Source: Bacteroidota bacterium (GTDB lineage: Bacteria; Bacteroidota; Ignavibacteria; UBA10030; UBA8401). Taken from it: a stretch of 53,610 nucleotides of DNA. Shown here in pieces: positions 26,655 to 37,486 of this stretch; positions within the stretch are counted from its first letter, which is position 1; the number at the start of each line of letters is the position of its first letter. The stretch covers positions 1-53,610 of the forward strand of contig JAGVPT010000159.1 in the NCBI GenBank assembly GCA_020052095.1. Reading direction: 5' to 3'. A model generated the notes under the pieces. It saw only the letters and a program-made list of their open reading frames with translations. It was not told where the DNA came from and did not search any database. The translations under genes and the position numbers were made by a program.

Positions 26655-27710
26655 TTAAGCAACAGTCACGTCTTTCGAAAGGTACACATCCTGAATTGCA
26701 TTGAGAATTTGGACGCCTTCGTTCATTGACCGTTGGAACGCTTTGCGCCCGGAGATGAGGCCCATCCCGCCCGCACGCTTATTGATGACGGCTGTGCGAA
26801 CGGCTTCCGCGAGATCGCTCGCACCGGAAGAGGCGCCGCCGGAATTTATCAATCCTGCACGCCCCATGTAGCAATTCGCTACCTGGTAACGCGTTAGGTC
26901 GATGGGATTATCGGTGGTGAGTTTCTCGTAGACCAACTTGTGTGTCTTACCGAAATTGAGCGCGGTGTAGCCGCCGTTATTCTCCGGCAATTTCTGCTTG
27001 ATAATGTCCGCCTCGATCGTGACGCCTAAGTGGTTCGCCTGTCCGGTCAAGTCGGCGGAGACGTGGTAGTCTTTTTCCTTCGTCTTAAATGCATTGTTGC
27101 GCGTGTAACACCACAAAATTGTTCCCATACCAAGCTCGTGCGCGTGCTGGAATGCCTGACTCACTTCCCAGATTTGCCTGCGCGATTCTGCAGAGCCAAA
27201 ATAAATCGTCGCGCCGACTGCAACGGCTCCCATCCAATATGCCTGCTTCACGGTGGCAAAGAGTGTCTGATCGTACGTATTTGGATACGAGAGAATTTCG
27301 TTGTGGTTGATTTTCAGAATGAATGGAATCTTGTGCGCATATTTTCTCGACACGGCTCCCAACACACCGAGGGTTGACGCCACTGCATTTGCGCCCCCTT
27401 CGATGGCGAGTTTCACGATATTTTCGGGGTCGAAGTACGCCGGATTTGGAGCAAAGGATGCACCCGCGGAGTGTTCGATTCCCTGGTCGACGGGAAGAAT
27501 AGAGAGATAGCCTGTCCCCGCCAATCTTCCGTTGTCAAACAACGCCTGCAGACTTTTCAAAACCGGCGTCGGCCGGTCGGATAATGCATAGTTGTTGTCA
27601 ACGTAGTCGGGACCGGGCAGATGAAGCGATTCCTTTGGAATAGTGCTGCATTTGTGGCTGAGAAGCGTCTTTGCATCAGCTCCCAAAAGTTTTTCGAAAT
27701 CTAACGACAT
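26655..27710 (-). CDS. fbaB: Class I fructose-bisphosphate aldolase (DhnA/FbaB type)
   Basis: [34 protein letters not shown] and [10 protein letters not shown]. Start MSLDFEK at 27710 with a GGAG RBS. Confidence 0.95.
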   Translation of the reverse strand: MSLDFEKLLGADAKTLLSHKCSTIPKESLHLPGPDYVDNNYALSDRPTPVLKSLQALFDNGRLAGTGYLSILPVDQGIEHSAGASFAPNPAYFDPENIVKLAIEGGANAVASTLGVLGAVSRKYAHKIPFILKINHNEILSYPNTYDQTLFATVKQAYWMGAVAVGATIYFGSAESRRQIWEVSQAFQHAHELGMGTILWCYTRNNAFKTKEKDYHVSADLTGQANHLGVTIEADIIKQKLPENNGGYTALNFGKTHKLVYEKLTTDNPIDLTRYQVANCYMGRAGLINSGGASSGASDLAEAVRTAVINKRAGGMGLISGRKAFQRSMNEGVQILNAIQDVYLSKDVTVA

Positions 27711-27872
27711 AATAATCTCCAATAAAAATGAAGTTTCAGGTTGAGTGTTCACAAAAATATACGAAAGAGTCGTTTGTGTTGCAAGCCCATTTTGGCGGCG
27801 GAGTTGCCGCACACGCACCATCATCGTTCCTCCTCCGGTAGTGTTGTGTTTTGCAGGAGTTGCAACGGTGAA

Positions 27873-27909
27873 CAAGCTATCCGATTGCCGCGAACAATCG
27901 GATAGCTTG
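27873..27909. other. Perfect 15-bp hairpin in the divergent fbaB / rlmI intergenic region
   Basis: CAAGCTATCCGATTG-CCGCGAA-CAATCGGATAGCTTG. Confidence 0.7.
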
Positions 27910-28165
27910 AAACTGTACCGCTGTTCCTCCTCCTCCTGTTCCTCCTCCTCCTCCGCATTCCTTGACATTCCCTTTCTTTCTTGATACTTTGCACGCAGAA
28001 GAATTAGAAGCAATACCAAAAATGGGGAGTGCACCTTGAGCGTAACTAGGACGGTCGCGGCAGAGTCGAAGAGCGACCATCAATAGTATTTTTGGGTTAG
28101 CCCCCAGTCAATTCTGTTAAGGTTTGTAATTTTGAAAAGCCTACTCTGTTGCATCGAGTACAATC

Positions 28166-29344
28166 ATGCCGATCCGCAAGAAAAATATTGTCTTAAAGAA
28201 GAACGAGGAACGGAGGATCCATTCGGGTCATCAATGGGTTTTCAGTAATGAAATCCACGCGGTGAACGGCGCCCCGAAGAGCGGCGATATCGTGGAGATT
28301 TTCCGCCATGATATGAAACGGCTCGGTATCGGCTTCTACAATCCCCACTCACTCATCGCAGTCCGATTTCTTTCCCCCGACGACGAAGAGATCGATTTCA
28401 AATTCTTCGAACGGCGTGTTGAATCAGCCCTCGCTCTCCGAAAGAAATTATATCCAAAATGTGCGGCGTTCCGCATTGTTCACAGCGAAAGTGATTTCCT
28501 CCCCGGCCTTATAATAGACAAATATAACGAGTACCTTTCTGTCCAGACCTTTTCCGCGGGTATGGATTCGAGGCTCACGCTCATCTGCGACGTGCTCGTC
28601 TCCATTTTTTCACCGCGCGGGATCGTTGAACGGAACGAATCCCCCCTGCGATCCCTGGAAGAAATCCCGGCCCGGAAAGGAATCCTTCGTGGAACCGTAG
28701 AGCCGACGATTATTGAGCTTCACGATTTGAAATTCCGGATCGATTTGCTGGAAGGTCAGAAAACGGGATTTTTCCTCGACCAGAGAGAGAACCGGACTTC
28801 TCTTCGTCCGTTTGCCAAGGACGCAACCGTTCTCGATTGTTTCTGCAATGAAGGGGGCTTTGGGCTCTACGCCGCCCACTACGGATCGAAAAGTGTCTCG
28901 GGGGTGGACAGTTCGGAATTCGCCATTGAGAAATCGAAAGTAAACGCCACGCTCAATAACCTGCGCAACATTTCATTCCAGTGCGCCGATGTATTTGAAA
29001 CTCTTTCATCCGAGATTAAGCAGAATAGGAAGTACGACATTGTCGTCCTCGATCCCCCCTCATTTACCAAAAACAAGAAAACAGTGGCAACCGCCACGAA
29101 AGGATACAAGGAACTGAACACCAATGCGTTGAAAATTATGAATAGCGGCGGCGTCCTTGCCACCGCCTCCTGCTCGCATCACATATCGGAAGAGACTTTT
29201 TTAAGCATTATTAACGACAGTGCTGTCAAAGCAGAACGAAAAATCAGGTTGTTGGATTTCGGGGGCGCTGCGCCTGACCACCCGGTGTTATCATCAATGC
29301 CGGAAACAAAATATTTAAAGTTTGCCCTGATTGGGGTTGAATAG
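28166..29344 (+). CDS. rlmI: RlmI-family SAM-dependent rRNA m5C methyltransferase
   Basis: PUA-like GHQWVFSNEI, ESDFLPGLIID, GQKTGFFLDQRENR, VLDPPSF, SCSHH and DHP...PETKYLK. Confidence 0.85.
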   Translation: MPIRKKNIVLKKNEERRIHSGHQWVFSNEIHAVNGAPKSGDIVEIFRHDMKRLGIGFYNPHSLIAVRFLSPDDEEIDFKFFERRVESALALRKKLYPKCAAFRIVHSESDFLPGLIIDKYNEYLSVQTFSAGMDSRLTLICDVLVSIFSPRGIVERNESPLRSLEEIPARKGILRGTVEPTIIELHDLKFRIDLLEGQKTGFFLDQRENRTSLRPFAKDATVLDCFCNEGGFGLYAAHYGSKSVSGVDSSEFAIEKSKVNATLNNLRNISFQCADVFETLSSEIKQNRKYDIVVLDPPSFTKNKKTVATATKGYKELNTNALKIMNSGGVLATASCSHHISEETFLSIINDSAVKAERKIRLLDFGGAAPDHPVLSSMPETKYLKFALIGVE

Positions 29345-29390
29345 TAGGTAGTTACAATAGTCTTTCACTATTTCACGAAAGAAGCAATAG

Positions 29391-31544
29391 ATGAAATACA
29401 TTTTCCGACCTGTCCGCTGGGGCGGATTTCTTTTTGTCGTGTTCTGCCTATTCACCACTACGAGTTCATTGCATGCTCAATGGATCCAAACCAACGGCCC
29501 CTACGGCGGCTACGTTCGTGCTTTTGCCGTCTCCACCAACGGGGCAAGCGGCACGAATACCTTTGCCGGGGCTACTTTCAACGGCGGCGTCTTTCTTTCC
29601 ACCAACAACGGTCTAAGCTGGACTGAGGTCGATACCGGCATGACGAACACTAATGTCAATGCTCTTGCCGTCTCCGGCACAAATCTCGTCGCAGGGACTT
29701 CAGACGGCGTCCTTTTTTCCTCCAACAACGGCACAAGCTGGCGTGCAATCGATACCGGCTTGGTGAACACTGTTGTGTTTTCTCTTACTGTCTCCGGCAC
29801 AAATCTCTTTGCCGGGACTTCTGACGGCGTCTTTCTCTCCACCAACAACGGCGTAAGCTGGAGTGCAGCGAGTACCGGTTTGACGAACACTAATGCCATT
29901 GCCCTTGCTGTCAAGGGCACGAATCTTTTTGCAGGGACTTATGATGGCGTCTTTCTTTCTGTCAACAACGGCACAAGCTGGAGTGCAGTCAATACAGGCT
30001 TGACGAACACCAATGTCGATGCTTTTGCAGTCTCCGGCACGAATCTCTTCGCCGGAAGTGATGGTGGCGGTGTCTTTCTTTCCACCAACAACGGCACAAG
30101 CTGGAGTGCAGCGAGTAGCGGCTTGACGAGCACTAACGTCTACGCTCTTGCTGTCTCCCCCAACGGGGCAGGCGGCACGAATCTCTTTGCCGGGACCTAC
30201 GGCGGCGTCTTTCTTTCCACCAACAACGGCACGAGCTGGACACAAACCGACTTGACGACAATTGTCCGTGCTCTTGCCTTCTCCGGCATGAATTTGTTAA
30301 GTGGGATGCATGGCGGTGGAGTCTTTCTTTCCACCAACAACGGCACAAGCTGGACACAAACCGGCTTAACGAAGACTGATGTCACGGCTCTTGCCGTATC
30401 CGGCACGAATCTCTTTGCGGGGACTTTAACCGGCGGCGTCTCTCTTTCCACCAACAACGGCATAAGCTGGAGACAAACCGGTGTGATGAACGGTAATGTC
30501 TACGCTCTTGCCGTCTCCAGCACGAACCTTTTTGCCGGAACTTTTGGCGGAGCCTATCGTTCAAGCGACAACGGTACAAACTGGACTTGGGTTAGTACCG
30601 GCTTGACGAACACTCATGTCCGTGCTTTTGCCGTCTCCCCCGACGGGGCAGGCGGCACGAATCTCTTTGCCGGGACTTTTGACAATGTCTTTCTTTCCAA
30701 CAACGACGGCACAAGCTGGACTGCAACCAACTTGCAGGGCGCATATGTTAATGCTCTTGCCATCTCCAGTACGAATCTCTTTGCGGGGATCACCTTTGGC
30801 GTCTATCTTTCCACTGACAACGGCACAAGCTGGAATGCGATGAGTACCGGCTTGACAAACACTTATGTGACGGCTCTTGCCGTCTCCGGCACGAATCTCT
30901 TTGCCGGGACTTTTGGCGGTGGCGTCTTTCGTTCCACCAACAAAGGCTCAAGCTGGACTGCAGTCAATACCGGCTTGACGGACAAAACTGTCCAAACCCT
31001 TGCTGTCTCCGGCACGAATCTTTTTGCCGGAACTTATGACGGCGTTTTTCTTTCCACCAACGACGGCAGCAACTGGACTGCGGTCAATACCGGCTTGACG
31101 GACAAAACTGTCCAGACCCTTGCCGTCTCCGGCACGAATCTCTTTGCCGGGACTTATGAAAGCGGTGTCTGGAGACGACCGTTGTCGGAAATATTAACCT
31201 CAGTGCCCGCGGAAGGCGGGTCGACCGACTTGCCGACCCATTTCAGTCTTGAGCAGAATTATCCGAACCCGTTTAATCCGACAACACATTTACGATTTAC
31301 GATTGCAGATTTACGATTTGTTACGCTGGCGGTCTTCGATCTGGTCGGGCGGCAAGTGGCAACGCTGGTGAAGGAAGAGATGAATCCGGGAAGTTATGAA
31401 GTAACTTTTGATGGGACCGGTTTGGCGAGCGGCATCTATTTCTACCGTTTTGTGGCGAATGCATCTTCCAAGGGAATCCCTTTGGGACATTCAGGACAGG
31501 CTGGCTCATTCACCGAGAGTAAGAAGCTTCTTTTGCTCAGATGA
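29391..31544 (+). CDS. BNR/Asp-box repeat beta-propeller protein with a T9SS type-A sorting domain
   Basis: Signal peptide; 13 copies of a ~40-aa unit (LAVSGTNLFAGT..GVFLSTNNGTSW); C-terminal FSLEQNYPNPFNP...SGIYFYR...KKLLLLR. Confidence 0.92.
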   Translation: MKYIFRPVRWGGFLFVVFCLFTTTSSLHAQWIQTNGPYGGYVRAFAVSTNGASGTNTFAGATFNGGVFLSTNNGLSWTEVDTGMTNTNVNALAVSGTNLVAGTSDGVLFSSNNGTSWRAIDTGLVNTVVFSLTVSGTNLFAGTSDGVFLSTNNGVSWSAASTGLTNTNAIALAVKGTNLFAGTYDGVFLSVNNGTSWSAVNTGLTNTNVDAFAVSGTNLFAGSDGGGVFLSTNNGTSWSAASSGLTSTNVYALAVSPNGAGGTNLFAGTYGGVFLSTNNGTSWTQTDLTTIVRALAFSGMNLLSGMHGGGVFLSTNNGTSWTQTGLTKTDVTALAVSGTNLFAGTLTGGVSLSTNNGISWRQTGVMNGNVYALAVSSTNLFAGTFGGAYRSSDNGTNWTWVSTGLTNTHVRAFAVSPDGAGGTNLFAGTFDNVFLSNNDGTSWTATNLQGAYVNALAISSTNLFAGITFGVYLSTDNGTSWNAMSTGLTNTYVTALAVSGTNLFAGTFGGGVFRSTNKGSSWTAVNTGLTDKTVQTLAVSGTNLFAGTYDGVFLSTNDGSNWTAVNTGLTDKTVQTLAVSGTNLFAGTYESGVWRRPLSEILTSVPAEGGSTDLPTHFSLEQNYPNPFNPTTHLRFTIADLRFVTLAVFDLVGRQVATLVKEEMNPGSYEVTFDGTGLASGIYFYRFVANASSKGIPLGHSGQAGSFTESKKLLLLR
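31466..31487. repeat. Degenerate copy of the 22-bp palindrome inside the T9SS sorting domain
   Basis: TTCCAAGGGAATCCCTTTGGGA compared with TCCCAAAGGGATCCCTTTGGGA at 38697. Confidence 0.8.
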
Positions 31545-31600
31545 CAGGCAATTGCAACTATCACGGCAAACAACGACGCTCCTTCTTTTTGATAAGGATT

Positions 31601-31630
31601 TGCGCCAGAGGCGCATCCGCCTTCGGCGGA
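31601..31630. repeat. Tandem small REP-like hairpins
   Basis: TGCGCC-AGA-GGCGCA followed by TCCGCC-TTC-GGCGGA. Confidence 0.6.
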
Positions 31631-31771
31631 TTGTAGTCGCACAACACTTTTGATCGCGATAAAATGAGTCATTAATAGCTCGCAAAAGTGCTGCGTTGTT
31701 TGCCGAGACAGTAGATGAAACTATTCTATTTTGATTTTGTTTTAAGAGAAGGATCAACTGCAGGAGTGAGC

Positions 31772-32509
31772 ATGAAAATCAATATCTTCCCGTCGATGCG
31801 CTGGTCATTAGCTTCGCTTTTTCTCGTGTCTACGGTCTCTTTATCGCAGGACTTTTTTGCCGGAAAGCCGGCATTTTCCCCCGCGCAAAACGATACAAAT
31901 ATTGTCTTTGAATCTCCTAACAAGAATTTTGCGAGCTCTGCAAAGACATCGTCGCTGCTCGACGCATGGGGTCTGGACATCCTGATTTCCAACAATGGTT
32001 TTGGCCTTGGTGGTTTTTATCGTCATCAGTACACGAACGAATTATTCGGTACGGTAACGTTCGCTATTTCCGACGCGAAAGATGACAACGAGGTTGAATA
32101 TGTTACCTATTATGGACAGACAATTGTTCCCGGCAAGATAAACAGGTTTCTCCTGATTCCGCTTGACTTCGGCATGCAGTACCGTCTCTTCGCCGACGAC
32201 ATCCTCGATAATTTCCGTCCCTATATCAATGGCGCCATCGGGCCAACGCTGGTGTTCGCTTCGCCATACGAGCGGGAATTCTTCAACAGTCTCGGATACG
32301 GGCAGGCGCACTATACCGTTGGCGGGTATATCGGATTCGGGGCATTCTTCGGTTCCGATAAGGAGAGTCTCTCCGGAATCAATATCCGCTACTACTTCGT
32401 GCCGTTTAAGAAAGGGATCGACAGCATGGTGAACGGTTACGGCGGAATTGATACGAAAAAGGATTTTGGAGGATTTTTTATTACACTGAATTTCGGTTCG
32501 GTGTTTTAA
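31772..32509 (+). CDS. Hypothetical exported protein, probable outer-membrane beta-barrel
   Basis: AGGAG RBS before ATG 31772, signal peptide, alternating aromatic beta-strands, C-terminal ...ITLNFGSVF. Confidence 0.7.
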   Translation: MKINIFPSMRWSLASLFLVSTVSLSQDFFAGKPAFSPAQNDTNIVFESPNKNFASSAKTSSLLDAWGLDILISNNGFGLGGFYRHQYTNELFGTVTFAISDAKDDNEVEYVTYYGQTIVPGKINRFLLIPLDFGMQYRLFADDILDNFRPYINGAIGPTLVFASPYEREFFNSLGYGQAHYTVGGYIGFGAFFGSDKESLSGINIRYYFVPFKKGIDSMVNGYGGIDTKKDFGGFFITLNFGSVF

Positions 32510-32516
32510 GAAGTGC

Positions 32517-32549
32517 AGGAGCAGGATGATTATGAAATATCCTGCTCCT
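32517..32549. terminator. Hairpin between convergent genes
   Basis: AGGAGCAGGAT-(11 nt)-ATCCTGCTCCT. Confidence 0.55.
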
Positions 32550-32601
32550 CATTGTACGGAGGCAACGTTGACCGGCATTTCAGAGGCTTCGGACACCTTT
32601 T

Positions 32602-35442
32602 TTATTTGGACGAAAGAATTTTTTTCAGGAAGTGTCCCGTGTACGATTGAGCGTTGGCGGCGATTTCCTCCGGACTCCCCTTTGCGACGATCTTCCCCCC
32701 ATTCACTCCTCCCCCCGGCCCCAGATCAATAATGTAATCGGCGCATTTGATAACATCGAGGTTATGTTCTATGATCAGGACCGACTGGCCGCCATTCAAC
32801 AACGCCTCGAAGCATTTCAGCAGTTTTGCGATGTCGTCGAAGTGAAGTCCTGTCGTTGGTTCATCAAAAATAAAGAGCGTGTGACCTTCCGGCTGCGTGT
32901 TGAGGTGTGCAGCTAGTTTCACGCGTTGTGCCTCGCCGCCGGAGAGAGTCGTCGCAGGCTGGCCGAGACGCAAATAGCCAAGGCCGACATCGTCCAAGAT
33001 TTTCAGCTTCTGCACGACCCGCTTACCGTCGGCACGGGCTTTGAAGAACTCGATCGATTCGTTCACCGTCGTCGAGAGAATATCGTCCACATTTTTTCCA
33101 TTGTAGCGAACGTCGAGCGCCTCCTTCTTGTAGCGCTTCCCTTTGCAGCTCTCGCAGGTAAGGTACAGGTCGGCCATAAACTGCATTTCAATCTTCTGAA
33201 CGCCATCCCCTTCACATGTTTCGCAGCGCCCCCCCGGAACGTTGAAAGAGAAGTATCCTGGCGCATAGCCATGAATCTTCGCGGCCTGCGTGTTCGCCAG
33301 CAAATCCCGGATGAGTTCAAACGCCTTAATGTACGTGATCGGATTGGATCGCGGCGACCGCCCGATCGGTGACTGATCGACCAGTTCAACGGCGCTAAGA
33401 TGATGCATACCTTCAAGAGCACCGGCACCGACGATCCTGTCAATATCGGACACCAATTTCTTTTTCAGTCCTTCGTACAGCACCTCATGGACCAGTGTAC
33501 TCTTTCCCGATCCGCTGACGCCGGTGATGCAGACAAACATGTTGAGCGGAATCTCGACGTCGATGTTCCGCAAATTGTGTTCGAATGCGTTAACGACTTT
33601 TATCGACTTCGCGTTTCTTTTTCTCCTCGTTTTCGGAATTGGGATCGATAGCTTTCCGCTCAGATATTTTCCGGTAAGAGACGAGGGGGCATTCATCGCA
33701 TCCATGGTCGTCCCGAAGAAGGTAATCTCGCCGCCGTGTTCGCCCGCACGTGGCCCCATATCAACAAGCACATCTGCCTCACGCATCATATCTCCATCGT
33801 GTTCGACGACCAACACTGTGTTACCGATATCGCGCAGGGATTTCAAAATGCGAATAAGGCGGTCGTTGTCAAGGGGATGGAGTCCTATGCTCGGCTCATC
33901 AAGCACATAAATCGAACCGACGAGAGAAGATCCGATCGATGTCGCGAGATTGATCCGTTGAGATTCTCCGCCGGATAATGTCGGCGAAAGACGGTCGAGC
34001 GTAAGATACCCCAATCCGACATCGACCAAATACTGTAGACGCTTCCGTAGCTCTTCGAGAATTCTCTTGGCGACGCTCAGCTCGAAGTCCGAGAAATCGA
34101 CCGTTCTGAAAAATTCGTCCGCCGCTTCGATTGTCATCTGAACGATATCGGCGATGGTTTTAGCGGATATTTTGATGTTGAGCGCTTCGCGGCGCAGGCG
34201 TGCGCCGCCGCACTCGTCGCACCGTGTGTAACCTCGATACTTGCTCAAGAGAACGCGGTACTGGATCTTGTACGCCTTTCGTTCCACCATCTTGAAAAAT
34301 CCGTTGATGCCATCGAACTGGCGGCCGAAGCCGTTCATCACGATATTCAATTGTTCCGGCGTGAGCTTGCTGAATGGGACATTCACCGGGATCTCCGCTT
34401 CGGATGAAATCGTCAATAAATCTCTAAGATTTTCGCGGAACTTCGGCGTCGTCCATGGCTGTATCGCGCCATCGCGGAGAGATTTTTCCTTGTTCGGGAC
34501 GATCAAATCCATATCGAGCCCGACGGCGCGGCCGAATCCCTGACACTTCGGGCAGGCGCCAATCGGATTATTGAACGAAAACAGGTGCGGTTCCGGCTCT
34601 TCGTAACGGATGTGGTCGACCGGACATTCAAAATGCTGATTGAATGAGAGTTGCTCTTTCGTTTCAAGGTTAAATGTCGCGGCGTAACCGTCCCCCTCAA
34701 CGAACGCGGTCTGGATTGAATCTGCCAACCGTGCTACGCTTGCCCGATCATTTTTCCGGAGAACATATCGGTCAACAAGAACGAAGGTCCCCTTTTTTGA
34801 TGATGACGTGTACGCCCGTTCGTTGAGGTCAATCAATGCGCCGTTAACGATCAATCGGAAAAATCCGCGCATCTTCAGGGCCGAGAGTTCTTCTTTCAGG
34901 GTATGCCCTTCGTGCTCGCGCATCGGGAACACGAGGTAGAATTTTGCGCCGTCTGCCTCTTGCGTGACGCGATCGACGACGGTATGCACCGAATCGCGCG
35001 TAATGAGGCGGCCGCACATGTGGCAGTACGTTTTTCCGACACGGGCAAAAAGAAGGCGGAGGTAATCATAGATCTCGGTGGTCGTGGCGACAGTGGAGCG
35101 GGGGTTGCGCGTGTTCGTCTTCTGCTCAATGGCAATTGCCGGACTCATTCCTTGAATTGAGTCCACGTCCGGCTTGTCCATTCGTTCCAAAAACTGTCGG
35201 GCGTATGCAGAAAGGCTTTCCACATATCGGCGCTGGCCTTCGGCGTAGATCGTATCGAACGCGAGGCTCGATTTTCCCGATCCGCTCACGCCGGTAATGA
35301 CCACGAGTTTATTCCGTGGAATATCGATGCTGATGTTCTTGAGGTTGTGAACACGCGCTCCTCGGATGCTGAGGAAATGTTTTGCTGCAGGAGTGCTTGA
35401 TGTTTCCTTTAGAACAGGTGCGATCTGCTTTGCCTTTGCCAT
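32602..35442 (-). CDS. uvrA: Excinuclease ABC subunit A (possibly the second, UvrA2-type paralog)
   Basis: [10 protein letters not shown], two GVSGSGKS P-loops, EGQRRYVES, CxxC zinc fingers and LSGGESQRI / [12 protein letters not shown]. Confidence 0.96.
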   Translation of the reverse strand: MAKAKQIAPVLKETSSTPAAKHFLSIRGARVHNLKNISIDIPRNKLVVITGVSGSGKSSLAFDTIYAEGQRRYVESLSAYARQFLERMDKPDVDSIQGMSPAIAIEQKTNTRNPRSTVATTTEIYDYLRLLFARVGKTYCHMCGRLITRDSVHTVVDRVTQEADGAKFYLVFPMREHEGHTLKEELSALKMRGFFRLIVNGALIDLNERAYTSSSKKGTFVLVDRYVLRKNDRASVARLADSIQTAFVEGDGYAATFNLETKEQLSFNQHFECPVDHIRYEEPEPHLFSFNNPIGACPKCQGFGRAVGLDMDLIVPNKEKSLRDGAIQPWTTPKFRENLRDLLTISSEAEIPVNVPFSKLTPEQLNIVMNGFGRQFDGINGFFKMVERKAYKIQYRVLLSKYRGYTRCDECGGARLRREALNIKISAKTIADIVQMTIEAADEFFRTVDFSDFELSVAKRILEELRKRLQYLVDVGLGYLTLDRLSPTLSGGESQRINLATSIGSSLVGSIYVLDEPSIGLHPLDNDRLIRILKSLRDIGNTVLVVEHDGDMMREADVLVDMGPRAGEHGGEITFFGTTMDAMNAPSSLTGKYLSGKLSIPIPKTRRKRNAKSIKVVNAFEHNLRNIDVEIPLNMFVCITGVSGSGKSTLVHEVLYEGLKKKLVSDIDRIVGAGALEGMHHLSAVELVDQSPIGRSPRSNPITYIKAFELIRDLLANTQAAKIHGYAPGYFSFNVPGGRCETCEGDGVQKIEMQFMADLYLTCESCKGKRYKKEALDVRYNGKNVDDILSTTVNESIEFFKARADGKRVVQKLKILDDVGLGYLRLGQPATTLSGGEAQRVKLAAHLNTQPEGHTLFIFDEPTTGLHFDDIAKLLKCFEALLNGGQSVLIIEHNLDVIKCADYIIDLGPGGGVNGGKIVAKGSPEEIAANAQSYTGHFLKKILSSK

Positions 35443-35531
35443 GCGGGCTTTAGTCGTGGGTCCGATATTTTCTCTGACTAGAGAATAGCGATATAAAGAT
35501 CTATTTGCAAGAATCGGATTTGACGAGACCG

Positions 35532-35613
35532 AGTGATGCCATGACTTTCTGATTTAAATCGGCGAAAATTGTGTGATGAACGCATGCAAAATGACAGAAG
35601 TCATGGCATCACT
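35532..35613. repeat. 82-bp REPIN-like inverted doublet, GTGATGCCATGACT family
   Basis: Perfect 16-bp inverted repeat AGTGATGCCATGACTT ... AAGTCATGGCATCACT. Confidence 0.9.
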
Positions 35614-35697
35614 ATTTAATGGCGACCTCCGCACTTCTCGAACGATCTTGCATCCCTTCCCAAAAATGCCTACATTGATTGGAATTTTTCCAAAGAA

Positions 35698-36804
35698 ATG
35701 ACGAAGACAAATCTCAAAGGGCTTCCTTTGCAACAGTTGGAAGCTTTTGTTGCTTCAATAGGCGAGCCCAAATACCGCGGGAAGCAAATTTTCACATGGC
35801 TCTACAAGCACCGCGCAGCCTCGTTCGATGCGATGACCAGCCTTTCACAGTCGTTGCGCGACCGGCTCAACAACGAAGCAAGCATCGGCCATCTCGGCCT
35901 TGTAACCAAACAGAGTTCGGCATCGGACAGTACGATTAAATTTCTCTTCGCCCTTCCGGACGGACTGAGAATCGAAAGCGTTCTCATTCCCCCGCGGAAG
36001 GAATCAGTCGACGCGGAAAAGCGCCTCACGCTCTGCATCTCAACTCAAGTCGGCTGTCCGCTCGATTGCAGGTTCTGCGCTACCGCGACGATGGGCTTCG
36101 CCAGAAATTTGACCGCGGGCGAAATTCTCGATCAGGTCCTTGCGGTGCAGTCGATCAGCGAACGGCCGATTACAAATATTGTCTACATGGGAATGGGCGA
36201 GCCGATGCTGAATTATGACAATGTCATGACGTCGGTGGATATTCTCTCATCGGAAATCGGAATGGGCATAAGTCCGCGGCGGATTACCATCTCGACAGCC
36301 GGCTACGCGCACCACATCCGGCGGATGGCCGACGAAGGGAGAAAGCCGAAGCTCGCGCTCTCACTCCACTCGCTCAACAACGAGACACGCACATCCCTGA
36401 TGCCGATTACAAAGAAGTTCCCCGTGGAAGAGCTGATGGACGCGCTCGAGTATTATTGCCACAAGACCAGGAAAAATGTAATGTTCGAATATATTCTTTT
36501 TGAAGGCATCAACGACGGTGATGATGATGTGAGAAAAATTATAAAAGCATCGAAACGATTTCCGTGCAGAGTGAATTTGATCCCGTTCCATTCCATCGAA
36601 TTCACTCATCCGCACGGATTTTCTGCCTCACTTAAGGGGGCATCGCCGGAAAGAATCGCCCGGTTCTCCAAAAAGCTCCGCGATGCGGACATTCCGGTTT
36701 TCGTTCGCAACAGCGCCGGTGAAGATATCGACGCCGCATGCGGCCAACTCGCCGTAAACAACGAAGCCGCGCAGCCTGCACATGAACTGAGCGTTATCCT
36801 TTAA
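35698..36804 (+). CDS. rlmN: Dual-specificity 23S rRNA/tRNA m2A radical-SAM methyltransferase
   Basis: CISTQVGCPLDCRFC, MGMGEP, LALSLH, VNLIPF and DIDAACGQL. Confidence 0.97.
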   Translation: MTKTNLKGLPLQQLEAFVASIGEPKYRGKQIFTWLYKHRAASFDAMTSLSQSLRDRLNNEASIGHLGLVTKQSSASDSTIKFLFALPDGLRIESVLIPPRKESVDAEKRLTLCISTQVGCPLDCRFCATATMGFARNLTAGEILDQVLAVQSISERPITNIVYMGMGEPMLNYDNVMTSVDILSSEIGMGISPRRITISTAGYAHHIRRMADEGRKPKLALSLHSLNNETRTSLMPITKKFPVEELMDALEYYCHKTRKNVMFEYILFEGINDGDDDVRKIIKASKRFPCRVNLIPFHSIEFTHPHGFSASLKGASPERIARFSKKLRDADIPVFVRNSAGEDIDAACGQLAVNNEAAQPAHELSVIL

Positions 36805-36841
36805 TTCCTGATCCATTCTTCTTCATTCTCGAATCCACATC

Positions 36842-37486
36842 ATGAATATCATTTTGTTCGGTGCGCCAGGCGTCGGCAAAGGAACGCAGGCCAAGATCCT
36901 CTCGCACATTTATCATATTCCTCACATATCCACCGGCGACATCCTCCGCGAAGCGATCAAGGAACAAACGCCACTGGGCATAAAAGCGAAGCAATTCATG
37001 GACCGCGGTAATCTCGTACCGGACGACGTCATGATCGGGATGATTAAAGATATTCTCCAAACCGACCGGTGTAAGAACGGTTTTATTTTTGACGGCTTCC
37101 CGCGGACGGTGGAACAGGCGCAATCGCTCCACCCGATCTTCAAAGAGCTTCATATCCATGTTAAGAAGGTAATTAATATCGAGGTAGACGAGAAAGAGAT
37201 CGTTGACCGGCTTGGCCAGCGTCTGGTATGCAAAGGCTGCGGAAAAATCTACAATTCTGAAATGGACCATTTCAATATCGGCGATAAATGTTTCAAGTGC
37301 GGGGGCGAACTGTACCAGCGGAATGATGATAGAGCGGAAACAGTCAAGAAAAGGCTGCAAGTGTACCGAAAAGAAACAGAACCGGTCAAGAAATATTATG
37401 AAGATTTGGGATTGCTCCACAACGTGAACGGAGTCGGCGAGATAGAAGAAATCACGCAACGTCTCTTTACGGCGTTGAAGGATTAG
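36842..37486 (+). CDS. adk: Adenylate kinase (zinc lid)
   Basis: GAPGVGKGTQA, HISTGDILR, DGFPRT, CKGC...CFKC and QRNDD. Confidence 0.97.
   Translation: MNIILFGAPGVGKGTQAKILSHIYHIPHISTGDILREAIKEQTPLGIKAKQFMDRGNLVPDDVMIGMIKDILQTDRCKNGFIFDGFPRTVEQAQSLHPIFKELHIHVKKVINIEVDEKEIVDRLGQRLVCKGCGKIYNSEMDHFNIGDKCFKCGGELYQRNDDRAETVKKRLQVYRKETEPVKKYYEDLGLLHNVNGVGEIEEITQRLFTALKD

Noticed and set aside
27711-28034. 108-aa N-terminal extension of FbaB containing poly-Glu
   Set aside because: Family similarity and a GGAG RBS begin at MSLDFEK (27710). The extension is translated intergenic repeat.
29391-31544. Internal repeats as a non-coding repeat array
   Set aside because: They are in-frame propeller blades in a continuous ORF with a signal peptide and sorting domain.
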